This document shows positions 17,150 to 25,961 of a stretch of 32,000 bases of DNA, piece after piece. This DNA comes from Microcystis aeruginosa NIES-843 (GTDB taxonomy: Bacteria > Cyanobacteriota > Cyanobacteriia > Cyanobacteriales > Microcystaceae), in NCBI RefSeq assembly GCF_000010625.1, contig NC_010296.1:120001-152000 (forward strand), given 5' to 3'. Position numbers and translations under genes: made by a program. The stretch's first letter is position 1. Each line of letters opens with the position of its first letter. The notes beneath the pieces were generated by a model. The model saw nothing but the letters and a program-made list of their open reading frames with translations, made no database searches and was not told the origin of the DNA.

Positions 17150-18571
17150 GGCTCTTCGTTACCCTTTATGCTAAATCAACATACAAGATGCCAAGATAAC
17201 ATACTTCTAACCCAAAAATTCCGAAAGTTTCTAAAGCCATAGCCTCTCCGTTTTATTAGTTTAAGTTTATTGTTGATTCCTTCGACCACCCCATTCGTTG
17301 TCCTTCGCTCGAAATAACTAATTATTTCTCCAAACCAGTTTCGGATTGTTTGACAACTCTTGGTAAAAACACTGGAGGATTTTGCCAACCATTCCGAGAT
17401 GGATAGCATTCCCTCTGTCGGATTCTCTGAGGTTTCATAAATCTTTCTAAATTCTTCCTTTAATTCCTGCATCTTTTTCAAATTTGGGAATTTTTCTTTG
17501 ATAGCTTCTAGTTTAATTTTTTGGGGTTCCGTTAAATCTTCTTCATTTTTTAACAGGCTATATTTACTTCGCTTTAAAACTTCTAGCTTGGCTTCTTTTT
17601 CTGCTTTCTGTTTTTTATTTTTCTGCGCTTCTACGGCTCTTTTTTCTGCTCTTCTCTGTTCGTCTAACTCTTGATTAATTTGTTTCATTACATGGAATCT
17701 ATCGGCGACTACTTCGGCCGATGGCATCAATTCTTTCACCAAATTTTTATAAGGCAACCAAAGGTCTATGCTCACTTCTTCAATTTGCTCTAACACCTCT
17801 TTTCCCCAGCCCGTAAGCGTTTCTCTCAACTCTTCTTGTGTTCGCTTCTCTAGAATAGCTATTAGTTTTCCCGTATCTAAATTTACTAAAACCGCACAGT
17901 AATTTTTTTGTCCTTTGACTAGAGCGATTTCATCAATTCCTAGTCTTTTTAATTCCGATAGGTCTGGCTCTGTAATTTCTTCGGCGATGTCCTCTATCAT
18001 TCTTTGAATCTCTTCTTCCGTTACGTCATTTATTCGACTAACATTTAAAATATCTCCTTCTTTTAATTGTTCGAGTATATTTGCGGCTAGTCTTTTCGTA
18101 TAGGTTCGTTTCTTGGCGACAAAATCTAACTCTTCGCTAAAGGGTCTCTGACAATTATCGCACTTAAATTGACGACGATTAACTTGTAGGTATACTGGTT
18201 GACCTGAGATTGGTAAATCTTTGACTAAATGTCGATGATTTTGGTGGAGTTTATCGCTCTCTAACCCACAACGAGGACAGGTTGCTTTTTGATTTTTCGA
18301 TTCGATTCGGCAAACTATACCGATATTTTCTAGGTGTAGATAGCCTTGAATACAGGTTCCTTTTAGGTTCAAAAATTTGTCAAGTATCATAAGTAAAATA
18401 ATCTCGTTTTTGGCTATTATATCAAATCTTAACTCAATTGTCTATCTTTTGGTATTAACCTGTTTGTGCCTTAAGTCCTTCCCTGTATGGATTTCAGCTA
18501 CTTTTGAGCGTAGGCGCTCTCATCGAATTTTATTTTAAGTTAATTATTTGCATAACAATTCCCGAAGAGCC
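17150..18571 (-). mobile_element. ISL3-family IS, copy 2 (1422 bp)
   Basis: Same ends and length as copy 1. Has its own 8-bp duplication tttttatt (17142-17149, 18572-18579). Confidence 0.9.
17176..18390 (-). CDS. ISL3-family transposase (404 aa, identical to the 7447-8661 product)
   Basis: The ORF-track translation is identical, residue for residue, to that of copy 1. Confidence 0.9.
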   Translation of the reverse strand: MILDKFLNLKGTCIQGYLHLENIGIVCRIESKNQKATCPRCGLESDKLHQNHRHLVKDLPISGQPVYLQVNRRQFKCDNCQRPFSEELDFVAKKRTYTKRLAANILEQLKEGDILNVSRINDVTEEEIQRMIEDIAEEITEPDLSELKRLGIDEIALVKGQKNYCAVLVNLDTGKLIAILEKRTQEELRETLTGWGKEVLEQIEEVSIDLWLPYKNLVKELMPSAEVVADRFHVMKQINQELDEQRRAEKRAVEAQKNKKQKAEKEAKLEVLKRSKYSLLKNEEDLTEPQKIKLEAIKEKFPNLKKMQELKEEFRKIYETSENPTEGMLSISEWLAKSSSVFTKSCQTIRNWFGEIISYFERRTTNGVVEGINNKLKLIKRRGYGFRNFRNFWVRSMLSWHLVC

Positions 18572-18633
18572 TTTTTATTTTTATTGGCTTATTATATGCG
18601 TTCTTTATCGAAAGCCTCAATTAATATCTATTC

Positions 18634-18745
18634 AGGAGACATTATAACATCAATCTCTCGCATCCTTAAACCTTTGTTGATCGCCTTAGAAATACTTTCA
18701 TCCAGTGCGATCACTATCTTCTTGTTAATTAAACTTTAAAACTGC
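18634..18745 (-). pseudogene. N-terminal fragment of a DUF5615-like toxin gene, dispersed-repeat copy 3
   Basis: The reverse strand reads SLINKKIVIALDESISKAINKGLRMREIDVIMSPE*. The DNA is homologous to 15613-15700. A shorter relic lies at about 16400-16470. Confidence 0.4.
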
Positions 18746-18799
18746 GATCGCTGGTGGCATTGTTAAGTTTTCTTGAACGGGCGATTTTTGTAATCAAGA

Positions 18800-18930
18800 G
18801 TAGAACCATCAATATTTATGGTTCGGTTGGCTCTTGGTATGATACGAATGTCTATGGAGAAATGGGTGTTATACATTCCAGTCAAATTAAATTTGACAAC
18901 TAGCGATCGCTTTTCTACGGGAACAGAGAA
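18800..18930 (+). repeat. Direct repeat, copy 1 (~131 bp), duplicating the murJ 5' region
   Basis: Near-identical (about 7 mismatches) to 19557-19687 at a constant offset of 757 bp. Begins with the hairpin gaaccat-caatattt-atggttc. Confidence 0.85.
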
Positions 18931-19034
18931 TTAGATAAAAAATACTAATATTTTGTCGCCATCAGGTTCTAGCCGCAATTCAATTGAGTATAAAATGATC
19001 TCAGAAAAAGCCTCCAGAAAATGTCAAATCAACC

Positions 19035-19382
19035 ATGAAAAAAATTATTTTGATTTCTAGTCTATCTTTGACAATGGTAGTCGGTGCTTCCTGGGCAAAA
19101 CCGAATATAGTTTTGGCTGAAACTTGTAATTACTTTGCCGGAACTGCTGTGACGGGAAAAAGCGTTAACATCGATTTATGTTCGATTGTTCCGGCTAGTT
19201 CCCGTAGTGTTGACTTTGTTTATTATTTAGGAAATCAACGACTGGTTAGCCAAGCTAATTGTGATAACGGAACTTGGACGACTTTTCCCGAAAGACAAAT
19301 TCATCGTCCCCGCTCTCAGGCGACTCAAACAATGCTAGAGGTGGTGTGTAGTTACAGATTCTATAAGCTTAGACGCATTTAA
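19035..19382 (+). CDS. Small secreted Cys-containing protein (115 aa)
   Basis: Signal-peptide-like N-terminus MKKIILISSLSLTMVVGASWA followed by KPN. Four Cys in the mature part. No family recognised. Confidence 0.55.
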   Translation: MKKIILISSLSLTMVVGASWAKPNIVLAETCNYFAGTAVTGKSVNIDLCSIVPASSRSVDFVYYLGNQRLVSQANCDNGTWTTFPERQIHRPRSQATQTMLEVVCSYRFYKLRRI

Positions 19383-19526
19383 GTTTCCTACTCGTATCCC
19401 TATCTACAAGGCGTTCCAGGATATTAAAGTGCAATGTAAGTGCGTCTAAGCTTAGTTCTCAATCCACATCGAGAATCGCTGCGGCAATAGTGTTTTCTCC
19501 ACCATCAAATGTGAGAACATCCCCCA

Positions 19527-21332
19527 ATGGCAATATCATCTGTTCAGTCAGAGAACGTAGAACCATCAATATTTATGGTTCGGTTGGCTCTTGGTATTAT
19601 ACGAATGTCTGTGGGGAAATGGGTGTTATACATTCCAGTCAAATTAAATTTGCCAACTAGAGATCGCTTTTCTACGGGAACACAGAAACGGGTAGAATCG
19701 ATCAATGCAGTTGTTTTCTTTCGAGGTGTCATCATTACTAAGAAAGCTACCCGTTCCTTAGCCGGTATTGCCGGAATTGTCGCCGTTGCCACCTTAATCA
19801 GTAAGGTTTTTGGTTTAGTCCGCGAACAGGTAATCGCCGCTGCCTACGGTGTCGGGCCGGTGGTGAACGCCTACGCTTTTGCCTACGTTATCCCCGGTTT
19901 TCTGTTAATTCTCCTCGGTGGCATTAACGGCCCCTTTCATAGCGCTTTGGTCAGTGTTTTGGCCAAAAGAGATAAATCCGAGTCCGCGCCGATTGTCGAG
20001 ACTATTACCACCCTAGTCAGCGCGATTTTATTAGCTGTCACCGTCTTTTTAATCGTTTTTGCCAATATTTTTATCGATGTTCTCGCTCCCGGTTTAGATG
20101 CCGCCACCCGCAGCATGGCCATTCAACAACTGCAAATTATGGCCCCCATGGCGGTTTTAGCCGGTTTAATCGGTATCGGTTTCGGTACTCTCAATGCGGC
20201 GGACCAATACTGGCTACCGAGTCTCAGTCCGCTTTTTTCCAGTGTGGCGGTGATTATCGGGGTGGGTTTGCTGGCCTGGTTCCTTGGCGATCGCATTGAT
20301 AATCCCCAATATATTCAACTAGGGGGTTTTGTCCTCGCCGGCGGTACTCTCGTCGGGGCACTCTGGCAATGGTTAGCACAAGTGGGCGCACAAGTCAAGG
20401 CAGGTTTAGGAAAATTAACATTTCGCTGGGATTGGCGGATTCCGGGGGTGTCGGAGGTGTTGCGGGTGATGATTCCGGCGACCTTATCTTCGGGAATGTT
20501 GCATATTAACGTTTATACTGACCTCTTTTTCGCTTCTTTTATCGAAAATGCCGCCGCTTCCATGCGTTACGCCAGTTTTATCGTTCTCACGCCCTTGGGC
20601 ATCATGTCTAACATGATTCTCGTGCCGTTTATGCCGATATTTTCTCGACTGACGGAACCGGAAAATTGGGGAGAATTGAAGCAAAGAATCCGTCAGGGTT
20701 TATTATTGACGGCTTTAACCATGTTACCCTTCACCGCTATCTTTATCGCCCTCGCTTTCCCGGTAGTGCGAGTTATCTATCAACGGGGTGCCTTTAATCT
20801 GGCTGCCTCGGAACAGGTGGTTCCCGTATTAATGGCCTACGGTTTCGGGATGTTTTTCTATCTCGGCCGCGATGTTTTAGTACGAGTGTTCTATGCTTTG
20901 GGTGATGGTGACACTCCCTTTAAGGTGAGTATGGTGAATATTTTTCTCAATGGTGTCCTTGATTTCCTCTTGTATAAACCCTTTGGTACTCCGGGGATTG
21001 TTTTAGCAACCGTGGGGGTTAATATCATTTCTATGGGCATTTTTACGGTAATTTTAAATCGTCGTTTAGGGGGTTTACCTCTAGGAGAATGGGGTTTATC
21101 CTTATTGGGATTAACGGTAATTACAATGCTTTCTGGTGTTGCTAGTTGGGGAGCTAGTTGGGGATGGGAAAAGGTTTTTGGTGCTGGTAATATTTTCTTA
21201 CAATTGTTACAGTTGGGTTTTGCTTCGACCGTAGCGGTGGGTTTATTCCTCCTCGGTGCGATGTTATTGAAGTTACCTGAATTAGACCTGTTAATCTCGC
21301 GAGTTCGTCAGAAGTTCTTGAAAAAATCTTAG
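19527..21332 (+). CDS. murJ: Lipid II flippase MurJ/MviN (start uncertain; the conserved core begins near residue 75)
   Basis: SLAGIAGIVAVATLISKVFGLVREQVIAAAYGVGPVVNAYAFAYVIPGF plus about 12-14 hydrophobic segments is typical of MurJ. There is no in-frame ATG between 19605 and the conserved core, so the N-terminal ~70 aa are doubtful. Confidence 0.85.
   Translation: MAISSVQSENVEPSIFMVRLALGIIRMSVGKWVLYIPVKLNLPTRDRFSTGTQKRVESINAVVFFRGVIITKKATRSLAGIAGIVAVATLISKVFGLVREQVIAAAYGVGPVVNAYAFAYVIPGFLLILLGGINGPFHSALVSVLAKRDKSESAPIVETITTLVSAILLAVTVFLIVFANIFIDVLAPGLDAATRSMAIQQLQIMAPMAVLAGLIGIGFGTLNAADQYWLPSLSPLFSSVAVIIGVGLLAWFLGDRIDNPQYIQLGGFVLAGGTLVGALWQWLAQVGAQVKAGLGKLTFRWDWRIPGVSEVLRVMIPATLSSGMLHINVYTDLFFASFIENAAASMRYASFIVLTPLGIMSNMILVPFMPIFSRLTEPENWGELKQRIRQGLLLTALTMLPFTAIFIALAFPVVRVIYQRGAFNLAASEQVVPVLMAYGFGMFFYLGRDVLVRVFYALGDGDTPFKVSMVNIFLNGVLDFLLYKPFGTPGIVLATVGVNIISMGIFTVILNRRLGGLPLGEWGLSLLGLTVITMLSGVASWGASWGWEKVFGAGNIFLQLLQLGFASTVAVGLFLLGAMLLKLPELDLLISRVRQKFLKKS
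19557..19687 (+). repeat. Direct repeat, copy 2 (~131 bp), overlapping the annotated 5' end of the murJ ORF
   Basis: See 18800-18930. Both copies keep the same open frame (VEPSIFMVRLALG.IRMS..KWVLYIPVKLNL). Confidence 0.85.
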
Positions 21333-21362
21333 GTTTAAGTTGCTGCCTCACCTCATCATTAC

Positions 21363-21581
21363 ATAGGGTTTGCTGAAAAAGTTTTTTCTGGGGGCAGGGT
21401 GTAGGGTGCAGGGTGTAGGGTGTAGGGTTTTACCGATTTTCATCTGGTCAATTATCTAATTTTCAGGGAAAAAGTACCTGAATTTTCCCCCCAATCACTC
21501 CAAGGGTCGGCACTTTTTGATGGGCAAAAGGTCTAAAAGTTTTACCCAACAAGGTTTTCACATTTATTCAGCAAACCCTAT
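21363..21581. mobile_element. MITE-like 219-bp element bounded by 15-bp perfect inverted repeats
   Basis: atagggtttgctgaa (21363-21377) vs ttcagcaaaccctat (21567-21581). Lies between convergent genes. I could not identify a target duplication and saw no other copy in the window. Confidence 0.35.
21390..21427 (+). repeat. G-quadruplex-type motif: 7-nt tandem repeat GGGTG(T/C)A
   Basis: ggggg ca ggg tgta ggg tgca ggg tgta ggg tgta ggg: six G3+ tracts separated by 2-4-nt loops. Confidence 0.6.
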
Positions 21582-22228
21582 TTATTTTTAGGAATTGGGG
21601 GCAGTTGCGGGGATTTTCGGCGAGAATTAGAACCGGATATTTTCGGGGGTAGGGGTGCAGAATTGCGATTAGATAAACTTTGAAGGCTCTTTTTCATATT
21701 AGCAGGTTCCGGCAGTTCTAGAGTTACCCCTTCTCTAGCGGTCATTGTTTCCTCTGGTAGGCATAAATCAAAAACAAAGGCGGAATTATTGGTTAAATCG
21801 GCCAGTTCTAATTTTACCATCTCTGGAGAGTATTCTAGTGCTAATAAAGGTTCAATTTCGGTCTTAATTAACTGTTCTAATTGAGCCAGATAATTGATCT
21901 TAACAGGAGTAACAATTAAAGTTAAGGTTTCTTGCCAACCTTGCCCCCCCAATTCTGCCAGAATATCCCCATAACAGCGAATTTTCCAGCTACCTATTCC
22001 TAAATCTCGATAGGAAAAAATTTCTAGCCAACCCCCGGCATCCGATCGATAATAATGAGTATATCTTTCACTACTTTCGGGAGATTCGTAATCGATACGC
22101 ACTTCAATATGAGCAAAAGGAGAATCCAGACGGGCCAAGAGACGATAGTTTCCCGAGACAATTTCTAGAGAATTATTAGAAATTGTGTGTCCGTGATTCT
22201 CCCCTTGTTTTTGCAGTATAAATTCCAT
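21578..22228 (-). CDS. Hypothetical protein (216 aa)
   Basis: ATG-initiated ORF downstream of hisS on the same strand. Pro/Ser/Lys-rich C-terminal tail. The stop codon (21578-21580) lies inside the inverted repeat of the MITE-like element. Confidence 0.6.
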   Translation of the reverse strand: MEFILQKQGENHGHTISNNSLEIVSGNYRLLARLDSPFAHIEVRIDYESPESSERYTHYYRSDAGGWLEIFSYRDLGIGSWKIRCYGDILAELGGQGWQETLTLIVTPVKINYLAQLEQLIKTEIEPLLALEYSPEMVKLELADLTNNSAFVFDLCLPEETMTAREGVTLELPEPANMKKSLQSLSNRNSAPLPPKISGSNSRRKSPQLPPIPKNK

Positions 22229-22269
22229 AATCCTAGCCTAGGCCTAATGTTTGGCCATGACGCTAAAAC

Positions 22270-23550
22270 TTAGGATTTGTGCCGAGAGATTTGCGCTTTT
22301 AATTCCCCTGCTTGTGTCAGTAAATCCGCTTGGGTTAGACTAATTTGTTCTTGGGTGGCCATCCATTTCAGTTGTACCGTGCCATTTTCAGCCTCAGCAT
22401 CCCCCAAAATTATACAGCCCACGGCCTTAGCTCGATCGGCCCGTTTAAATTGTTTCCCGAAAGCGCTGCCGCTTAAGTCTAACTCGACGCTAAACCCCAA
22501 TCCGCGTAATTGTTGCGCTAACACCACACTGCGTGCCTCAGCTTTTTCTCCTTTGGAGACAAGATAAAAATCGGGAACCAAAAAAGATAAAGATTGCTTT
22601 TGTTGTAATAATATAATCAGACGTTCTAAACCGATCGCCCAACCCACTGCCGGCGTGTCTAGACCGCCTAATTGAGCTATTAAACCATCATAACGACCAC
22701 CACCGCAAACCGTGGCTTGAGCGCCTAAATCATCGGACTGAATTTCAAAGGCCGTATGGGTGTAATAGTCCAATCCGCGCACTAAACAGGGATTAAGATT
22801 ATAGATAACTCCCAAATCAGTTAGTAAAGATTGCACCCGTTCAAAATGCTTTTGAGAATCACTGCCGAGATGTTCAAGAATACTGGGGACATTCTCACAG
22901 ATAATCTTGGTTTTTTCGTCCTTACTATCCAAAATTCGCAGGGGATTTTTTTCTAATCTCTGTTGAGAATCTGCGTCTAAATCAGCTTTGTAGGGAGTCA
23001 AATAATCTAGCAAGGCCTGACGATAATTTTGCCTATCTTGGGCATTTCCCAGGGAATTAATATCTAATTTTAGGTTTTCTAGCCCCACAGCTTTTAATAT
23101 CTCGCTGGCAAGGGTAATTACTTCCACATCGGCCCTAGGGTCATCACTTCCCAACAATTCGACCCCAATTTGATGAAACTGTCGCTGCCTACCCGCTTGC
23201 GGACGTTCATAACGAAACATCGGCCCCTTATACCAGAGTCTTTGTACTCCTCCAGCGGCCTGTAATTTGTGTTCAATATAGGCGCGAACGACCCCAGCCG
23301 TTCCCTCCGGTCGCAAAGTCAGGGAACGTTGACGGCGATCGAGGAAAGTGTACATTTCTTTACCCACCACGTCCGTCGCTTCCCCGATACCCCGTTCAAA
23401 AAGTTGCGTCTGTTCAAAAATGGGAGTTCGTATCTCTTGATACAGCGCAGTCCCTAAAATTCTGCTGGCAGTTTCCTCTAACCACTGCCAGTAACCGACC
23501 TCCGCCGGTAAAATATCTTTTGTGCCTCGGATTGCCTGGATTTCGCCCAT
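22270..23550 (-). CDS. hisS: Histidine--tRNA ligase (426 aa)
   Basis: IQAIRGTKDILP, LRPEGTAGVVRA, WYKGPMFRYERPQAGRQRQFHQ and GGGRYDGL are class-II HisRS motifs. Confidence 0.95.
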   Translation of the reverse strand: MGEIQAIRGTKDILPAEVGYWQWLEETASRILGTALYQEIRTPIFEQTQLFERGIGEATDVVGKEMYTFLDRRQRSLTLRPEGTAGVVRAYIEHKLQAAGGVQRLWYKGPMFRYERPQAGRQRQFHQIGVELLGSDDPRADVEVITLASEILKAVGLENLKLDINSLGNAQDRQNYRQALLDYLTPYKADLDADSQQRLEKNPLRILDSKDEKTKIICENVPSILEHLGSDSQKHFERVQSLLTDLGVIYNLNPCLVRGLDYYTHTAFEIQSDDLGAQATVCGGGRYDGLIAQLGGLDTPAVGWAIGLERLIILLQQKQSLSFLVPDFYLVSKGEKAEARSVVLAQQLRGLGFSVELDLSGSAFGKQFKRADRAKAVGCIILGDAEAENGTVQLKWMATQEQISLTQADLLTQAGELKAQISRHKS

Positions 23551-23570
23551 AGTTCTCTGTATTTTTATCC

Positions 23571-25481
23571 CTATTTGAACAATCTTAAACCGCTTAGAGT
23601 CACTAATACCGTCGATCCTTCATGACCGATGACACCTAGAGGTAAAGTTATATCACCGGCAAAATTGGCTATTAGCAATATGCCGATAAACGCGAGGGCG
23701 AAAGTGATATTCTGTTTAACGATGCGATTGGCACGACGACCGAGGTTAATCGCGCTGGGAATTTTGGCTAAATTATCGGACATAAGGATAATATCGGCCG
23801 TTTCCAAAGCGACATCACTACCAGCTTTTCCCATGGCAATCCCCACATTAGCCATAGCTAAAGCGGGCGCGTCATTAATGCCATCCCCCACCATAGCGAC
23901 AGTGTGATATTTTTCTTGTAGATTTTGGATAACGGTTAACTTATCTTCGGGCAGTAAATCAGCGTAAACCTCCTCAATGCCGAGTTTTTCAGCAACTTTA
24001 TCGGCACTTTGTTGATTATCACCCGTAATTAAAACGATATGTTCGATACCGATCTTTTTTAGCTGCTTCACCAGATTAACTGCCGATTCACGAAGGGTAT
24101 CGGCAACGGCAATCGCACCGATTATCTGATTCTCTTGTACTACCCAAACTAGGGTTCTGCCTTCTTTTTGTAAACGTTCGCGGATAGCTAAAATATTCTG
24201 GTCAAGATCGGAAATATGGTCACGAATATAGGCAAAATTGCCCACAGATACCGACTTATCGGCAATTTTTCCCGTGATACCCCGTCCCGATACCGCTTGT
24301 ACCTGATTAGCACTGAAGAAATTTATACCACGTTCCCTAGCTGTGGCGGTAATAGCGGATCCGATGGGATGTTCCGAACAGGATTCTAGGGATGCAGCCA
24401 CCGCTAACACCTCATTTTCACTGACTGCATGGATAGGGATAATTTCCACCACTTGCAACTTACCAAGGGTGAGAGTGCCGGTTTTATCAAAAGCGATCGC
24501 TCGTATGCGGCCGATCATCTCCAATCTTGCGCCATTTTTGAATAAAATCCCCTGTTTTGCCCCGTTAGCGATACCCGATAACAAAGCTGGCATAATTGAG
24601 GCCATTAAAGCACAGGGAGAAGCCACCACGAGAAAAATTAAGGCCCGATAGATAGTGGTTTCCCAGGTCCAACCCCAGAAAAAAGGCGGTAAAATCCCGA
24701 AAATTAAGCCCAAAATCACGATAATTTTCGCATAACCCCGCTCGAAACCTTCGATAAACTGTTGGGAGGGAGGGGATTCATTTTGCGCTTTTTCTACCAA
24801 ACGAATCACCCTCTCAATTAAGCGACTTTCGGGGGGAGTTTCCACCTGTAAACGTAGCACTCCTGCACCGTTGAGAGTTCCCGCAAAGACTTCTTCACCG
24901 ATGGTTTTATCCACGGGAAGCGATTCTCCCGTAATTGGCGCTTGATTAATGGGACTGTTTCCCTCCATAATAATGCCGTCAATGGGGATTAATTCACCCG
25001 GTTTGACCAAAACTGTGTCACCGATCCGTAATTGCTTGATAGGAACCTCTTTTTCCCTGTCTCCCGTGATTAATCTAGCAGTATCGGGGGTCATGGCCAT
25101 GAGAGAACGAATATTGCGATCGGTTTTCGCCATGGCAATCTGTTCTAAAGCACCACTAATGGCGAAAATCAGGATTAAAACGGCTCCATCGATGATGAGA
25201 TAGTAATTACTGTCCCAGAGTCCCAAAATCGCCGCCCCCAAGGCCGCTACAATCATTAACAGGTCCACATCCAGTTCTTTTTCCTCCCATAAAGTCGTCA
25301 ATCCTGCTTGGGTACTCTCGTATCCTCCCACCACATAGGCGATCGCTAGTAGGAGGAAAGCTGGGCCGATCAGATTAAAGTGTAGGCATAACCAACCAAA
25401 AAAGACTAAAATAGCGCAAATTCCTGCGGCAACTGCCGAGGAATACTCAGACAACCAAGAGGACGAGATACTCTGAATCAT
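23571..25481 (-). CDS. Heavy-metal P-type ATPase, P1B-4-like (Co/Zn/Cd-type), with no N-terminal metal-binding domain
   Basis: TGES (ITGESLPV), DKTGT (AFDKTGTLT), GDGINDAPAL, the transmembrane SPC motif (VVASPCALM) and HEGSTVLVTLSGLRL. Confidence 0.9.
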   Translation of the reverse strand: MIQSISSSWLSEYSSAVAAGICAILVFFGWLCLHFNLIGPAFLLLAIAYVVGGYESTQAGLTTLWEEKELDVDLLMIVAALGAAILGLWDSNYYLIIDGAVLILIFAISGALEQIAMAKTDRNIRSLMAMTPDTARLITGDREKEVPIKQLRIGDTVLVKPGELIPIDGIIMEGNSPINQAPITGESLPVDKTIGEEVFAGTLNGAGVLRLQVETPPESRLIERVIRLVEKAQNESPPSQQFIEGFERGYAKIIVILGLIFGILPPFFWGWTWETTIYRALIFLVVASPCALMASIMPALLSGIANGAKQGILFKNGARLEMIGRIRAIAFDKTGTLTLGKLQVVEIIPIHAVSENEVLAVAASLESCSEHPIGSAITATARERGINFFSANQVQAVSGRGITGKIADKSVSVGNFAYIRDHISDLDQNILAIRERLQKEGRTLVWVVQENQIIGAIAVADTLRESAVNLVKQLKKIGIEHIVLITGDNQQSADKVAEKLGIEEVYADLLPEDKLTVIQNLQEKYHTVAMVGDGINDAPALAMANVGIAMGKAGSDVALETADIILMSDNLAKIPSAINLGRRANRIVKQNITFALAFIGILLIANFAGDITLPLGVIGHEGSTVLVTLSGLRLFK

Positions 25482-25487
25482 GGATCG

Positions 25488-25796
25488 ATGGCAATTACTT
25501 TTCTCCCCATTCTAGAAAAAATTGGATCGATGCAGAAAACCCCTAGGACGTTATCCCCTGCAGCTAACCTAGCTGATAATAATTGGAATTTTGCCGAGGT
25601 TTGGATCGATCCGCTGCTATCTCCTCCCTATATCTTGCTTTTACTGGCTGAATCTTCAGGAAACTATCGCGTGTACGATCCCTCTGAGGGTTATCAGGTG
25701 GTATTTACCGGTGCGAGTTACGAGGAAGCGGAAAATTGGCTACTAGAGGACGAATTTGAACCGGTAGAGGGACGACTTTCGCCAGTAGAGATATAA
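25488..25796 (+). CDS. Hypothetical protein (102 aa; the start may be the MQKTPR Met at 25530)
   Basis: ORF divergent from the ATPase gene. Its last 16 codons (EDEFEPVEGRLSPVEI*) recur at 28884-28931. Confidence 0.5.
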   Translation: MAITFLPILEKIGSMQKTPRTLSPAANLADNNWNFAEVWIDPLLSPPYILLLLAESSGNYRVYDPSEGYQVVFTGASYEEAENWLLEDEFEPVEGRLSPVEI

Positions 25797-25936
25797 TTTC
25801 CTTATCTTCCTTTCCGCTTTTCTTCGATGCTATCCTTACTAAAAAAGCGATGGAATTGGCTAAAATCGCTTTTTATTGGCAGTCTGAAGGCAATTAACCC
25901 CAAAGAAGTCAAAAATACTCCTCCAGAAGCCAGCGA
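25749..25936 (+). repeat. 188-bp direct repeat, copy 1 (tail of the 25488 ORF, spacer and 5' end of the TPR gene)
   Basis: Collinear with 28884-29071 at equal length with scattered mismatches. A partial third copy lies at 26895-27006. Confidence 0.85.
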
Positions 25937-25952
25937 CGCACCAGAGGGATAG
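25827..25952 (+). pseudogene. Duplicated 5' fragment of the TPR gene (41 codons, then a stop)
   Basis: MLSLLKKRWNWLKSLFIGSLKAINPKEVKNTPPEASDAPEG* vs the TPR gene N-terminus MLSLLKKLWNWLKSLFIASPKAINLKKVENTPPEPSDGEYEG. Confidence 0.75.
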
Positions 25953-25961
25953 ACCGAACTC

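Noticed and set aside
7421-18571. Two identical ISL3 copies flanking about 8.3 kb, considered as a composite transposon
   Set aside because: Each copy has its own matching 8-bp target duplication (agaattta; tttttatt). They are therefore independent insertions rather than the ends of one mobilised unit.
18548-18739. 63-aa ORF at the right end of ISL3 copy 2
   Set aside because: It starts inside the IS terminal repeat and runs across the decayed DUF5615-like repeat on the opposite strand, so it is a junction artefact.
19527-19750. N-terminal ~75 residues of the murJ ORF, considered as genuine coding sequence
   Set aside because: This part overlaps the 131-bp duplicated segment and has no MurJ-like features. 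I could not identify the real start, so I kept the ORF-track coordinates but flagged the uncertainty.
836-25203. Many 60-100-aa antisense or alternative-frame ORFs inside longer genes, for example 836-1057, 1213-1428, 2513-2913, 4515-4804, 12702-12991, 13599-13790, 16097-16324, 19544-20684, 22277-22567 and 23629-25203
   Set aside because: They are fully nested in well-supported CDSs, have no recognisable motifs and have low-complexity or skewed composition. I treat them as frame shadows.
23571-25481. Absence of an N-terminal CxxC metal-binding domain in the P-type ATPase, considered as an anomaly
   Set aside because: The SPC and HEGS(T) signatures indicate the P1B-4 subgroup, which characteristically lacks such a domain. 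This is therefore ordinary.
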